51,624 bases of DNA, taken from Chiloscyllium plagiosum (taxonomy: Eukaryota). Both the position numbers and the translations under genes were made by a program. The DNA is taken from assembly GCF_004010195.1 (NCBI RefSeq), contig NW_025215030.1, positions 1 through 51,624 on the forward strand, in the 5' to 3' direction. Numbering within the stretch: the stretch's first letter is position 1; each line of letters starts with the position of its first letter. This document shows positions 47,716 through 51,624 of the stretch, piece by piece. The notes under the pieces are model-generated. The model was not told where the DNA came from, did not search any database, and saw only the letters and a program-made list of their open reading frames with translations.

Positions 47716-48788
47716 GGTATGTGGGCCTATCAGTCGGTGGAAACTGAGTTTTCAGTGGCCTCAGGGTTCCTTGTCCAATCCGAGACCCTGCACCATGTGC
47801 AGCTCTCAGCTCCACTATGGTAACCTGGTTTCAATTGTTAGTTTCAATTCTTCAAATGTTGGAGACAGCTCACCTTAAAATGACGGTGTCCTCTCGTAAT
47901 GAAGGCAGTCTGCTGTGTATTCGGGATGGGGCTGCCTCCTGTGTGTACCACTTTGAGACACTGCCTATTATCCATATCAGTGGTGAGTTAGTGCTGTCTC
48001 TGTCCTATACTTAAGTCAGTTTGGGATATATCATTGTTGGGTAACGACTCTCCATAGATGCCTGACCAACCTTTGACTCTGATCATACAGCACTGAAGCG
48101 CGTACCTATCCCTTTGTTCCAATTGTATTTAATCCATGTTTTCCATCTTAATTTTTGTCCCATTTCTCCTGAACTGTCCACAGTCTTTCAAAAATGGGCT
48201 TCGCTGAGAGGGATCAGGACTGGGAGCCCTGCTTAGCTGATCCAGGAGAATGATACCTTTCGGGAAATTGCTCAACCCTTAAACACTGTTTACATTGTCA
48301 ACCGTGTAGGAATCATATCAAAACAGCATGAAGGGAACATAATTAGCTCGAGAGCTGAGAGTGGAGAGTTGTCTTGTGAGGTTATGCAGGCAGGGGTTGG
48401 CTATGACCCGGTTGCTCAAGTCAACACTTAAAGCAAACTCACCAGTGTCGAGGGTGAGGGGGAAATGAATGAAAAAACGCGAGGGAGTTGAGGGTGGGCT
48501 GGAGAGGAGTCTGGAGGAGATGATTACGAAGCTTAACTTGCTTGTCAAATTTTCAGATTCAGCACGTTTTTACTCTTGAAGTTCCTTCAAAGATGCCCAC
48601 TGTCAGAGCGTGTAGAAGCGGGAATCGGGAGACTGCACGGAAGAGGAAGAGAAAGCCTCCGCGCAGCTGCTGGTCAAATCTAACTGAGAAGGCATTCATT
48701 CCAACAGGGACCTATTGGAGGGCTGGGAAACAGGGACAGGAGAAATTCCCAGAGGTGCAGAGAATTCAGAACAGGGGTCAGTCCAAGG

Positions 48789-51624
48789 CAGGAGAGAATC
48801 GGGGACAGGAGAGAGTCTGGAACAGGAGTGAGACTGGGACAGGAGTGAGACTGGGGCGAGTGTGAGACTGGGACAGGAGTGAGACTGGGACAGGAGTTAG
48901 ATTGGGACAGGAGTGAGTCTGGGACAGGAGTGTGATTGGGACAGGAGTGAGTCTGGGACAGGAGTGAGTCTGGGACAGGAGTGAGATTGGGACAGGAGTG
49001 AGATTGGGATAGGAGTGAGACTGGGACAGGAGTTAGATTGGGACAGGAGTGAGTCTGGGATAGGACTGAGATGGGACAGGAGTGAGTCTGGGACAGGAGT
49101 GAGTCTGGGACAGGAGTGAGACTGGGACAGGAGTGAGACTGGGAGAGGAGTGAGACTGGAACAGGAGTGAGAATGGGAGAGGAGTGAGAATGGGACAGAA
49201 GTGAGTCTGGGACAGGAGTGAGAATGAGACAGGAGAGAGAATGGGACAGGACTGAAACTCGGACATGAGTGAGAATGGGACAGGAGTGAGAGAGGGAATG
49301 GAGTGAGTCTGGGACAGGTGTGAGTCGGGGACGGGTGTGAGATTGGGACAGGAGTTAGAATGGGATCGGAGTGAGACTGGAACAGGAGTGAGACAGGGAC
49401 AGGAGTGAGTTTGGGACAGGAGTGAGATTGGTACAGCAGTGAAACTTGGCCAGGAGTGAGACTGGAACAGGAGTTAGAAAGGGACAGGAGTAAGTCTGGG
49501 ACGGGAGTGAGACTGGGACAGAAGTGAGACTGGGTTAGGAGTGAGACTGGGACAGGAGTGAGTCTGGGACAGGAGTGAGACTGGGACAGGAGTGAGATTG
49601 GGACAAGACTGAGAATTGGGCGGGAGTGAGACTGGGACAGGAGTGAGTTTGGGATAGGAGTGAGATTGGGACAGGAGTGAGACTGGGACAGGAGTGAGAT
49701 TGGGGCAGGAGTGAGTCTGGGACAGGAGTGAGTCTGGGACAGGAGTGAGACTGGGACAGGAGTGAGTCTGGGATAGGAGTGAGACTGGAACAGAGTGAGA
49801 TTGGGACAGGAGTGAGTCTGGGACAGGAATAAGTCTGGGACAGGAGTGAGACTGGGTTAGGAGTGATACTGGGACAGAAGAGAGTCTCGGACAGGAGTGA
49901 ATCTGGGACAGGAGTGAGACTGGGTTAGGAGTGAGATTGGGACAGGAGTGTGTCTGGGACAGGAGTGAGACTGGGTTAGGAGTGAGAATGAGACAGGAGA
50001 GAGAATGGGACAGGACTGAGACTCGGACATGAGTGAGAATGGGACAGGAGTGAGAGAGGGACTGGAGTGAGTCTGGGACAGGTGTGAGTCAGGGACGGGT
50101 GTGAGATTGGGACAGGAGTTAGAATGGGATCGGAGTGAGACTGGAACAGGAGTGAGACAGGGACAGGAGTGAGTTTGGGACAGGAGTGAGATTGGTACAG
50201 CAGTGAAACTTGGCCAGGAGTGAGACTGGAACAGGAGTTAGAAAGGGACGAGTAAGTCTGGGACGGGAGTGAGACTGGGACAGGAGTGAGAATGGGACAG
50301 GAGTGAGTCTGGAAACGGGAGTGAGATTGGGACAGAAGTGAGTCTGGGACAGGAGTGAGTCTGTGACAGGAGTGGGATTGGGACTGGAGTGAGTCTGGGA
50401 CAGGAGTGAGATTGGGACAGGAGTGAGTCTGGGACAGGAGTGAGTCTGTGACAGGAGTGGGATTGGGACTGGAGTGAGTCTGGGACAGAAGTGAGATTGG
50501 GACAGGAGTGAGATTGGGATAGGAGTGAGACTGGGACAGGAGTTAGATTGGGACAGGAGTGAGTCTGGGATAGGAGTGAGTCTGGGACAGGAGTGAGATT
50601 GGGACAGGAGTGAGATTGGGATAGGAGTGAGACTGGGACAGGAGTTAGATTGGGACAGGAGTGAGTCTGGGACAGGAGTGAGTCTGGGACAGGAGTGGGA
50701 TTGGGACTGGAGTGTGTCTGGGAGAGGAGTGAGTCTGGGACAGGAGTGAGACTGGGACAGGAGTGAGATTGGGATAGGAGTGAGACTGGGACAGGAGTTA
50801 GATTGGGACAGGAGTGAGTCTGGGACAGGAGTGTGATTGGGGCAGGAGTGAGTCTGGGACAGGAGTGAGTCTGGGACAGGAGTGAGATTGGGACAGGAGT
50901 GAGTCTGGGACAGGAGTGAGACTGGGACAGGAGTTAGATTGGGACAGGAGTGAGTCTGGGATCGGAGTGAGATTGGGACAGGAGTGAGACTGGGACAGGA
51001 GTGAGATTGGGGCAGGTGTGAGATTGGGGCAGGTGTGAGACTGGGACAGGAGTAAGATTGGTACAGGAGTGAGACTGGGACAGGAGTGAGATTGGTACAG
51101 GAGTGAGACTGGGACAGGAGTGAGATTGGTACAGGAGTGAGACTGGGACAGGAGTGAGATTGGGGCGAGTCTGAGACCGGGACAGGAGTGAGACTGGGAC
51201 AGGAGTGAGATTGGGGTGGGAGTGAGACTGGGACAGAGGTGAGACTGGGACAGGAGTGAGACTGAGACGGGACTGAGATTGGGACAGGAGTGAGACTGGG
51301 ACAGGAGTGAGACTGGGACAAGAGTGAAATTGGGACAGGAGTGAGACTGGGACAGGAGTGAGACTGGGACAGGAGTGAGACTGGGACAGGAGTGAGATTG
51401 GGGCGGGTGTGAGACTGGGACAGGAGAGAGACTGGGACAGGAGTGAGACTGTGACAGGAGTGGGATTGGGACTGGAGTGAGTCCAGGACAGGAGTGAGAC
51501 TGGGTTAAGAGTGAGGTGGGGACAGGAGTAAGTCTGCAACAGGAGTGAGACTGGGACAGGAGTGAGATTGGGGTGGGAGTGAGACTGGGACAGGAGTGAG
51601 ATTCGGATGGAGTGAAATTGGGAC
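48789..51624. repeat. 17-bp minisatellite, unit CAGGAGTGAGACTGGGA (variants GATT, GTCT), ~165 copies, continuing past the window end
   Basis: Read directly. Diverged units with internal block duplications. Confidence 0.97.

Noticed and set aside
48542..48865. 107-aa ORF or possible exon with a basic KRKRK motif
   Set aside because: No recognisable homology or clear splice structure, and it runs into the minisatellite.
50119..51539. SQSHSCPSLTPVP-repeat ORFs
   Set aside because: They are translations of the 17-bp minisatellite, which cycles through frames.

Overview
Vertebrate genomic scaffold, very likely a shark (elasmobranch), inferred from HE1-type tRNA SINEs with (AATCT)n tails and HER1/CR1-clade LINE debris; family names come from recalled consensus sequences, not a search. 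About two thirds of the window is tandem repeat. There is a 28-bp satellite domain (1339-30700) whose first 23.7 kb look perfectly homogeneous, a second 28-bp satellite (40028-45911) with a 280-bp higher-order period and an orientation switch, and a 17-bp minisatellite (48789 to the window end). Four N gaps indicate a scaffolded, probably short-read, assembly, so the perfect arrays may partly be gap-filling artefacts. The only convincing protein-coding gene is an intronless, GC-rich class A GPCR matching GPR84 (32294-33424, +). I see no clear new multi-gene system. The best leads are the remodelled GPR84 (short ICL3, long Ser/Thr tail), a tRNA-headed LINE 5' end that appears to lack ORF1, and the repeat architecture.
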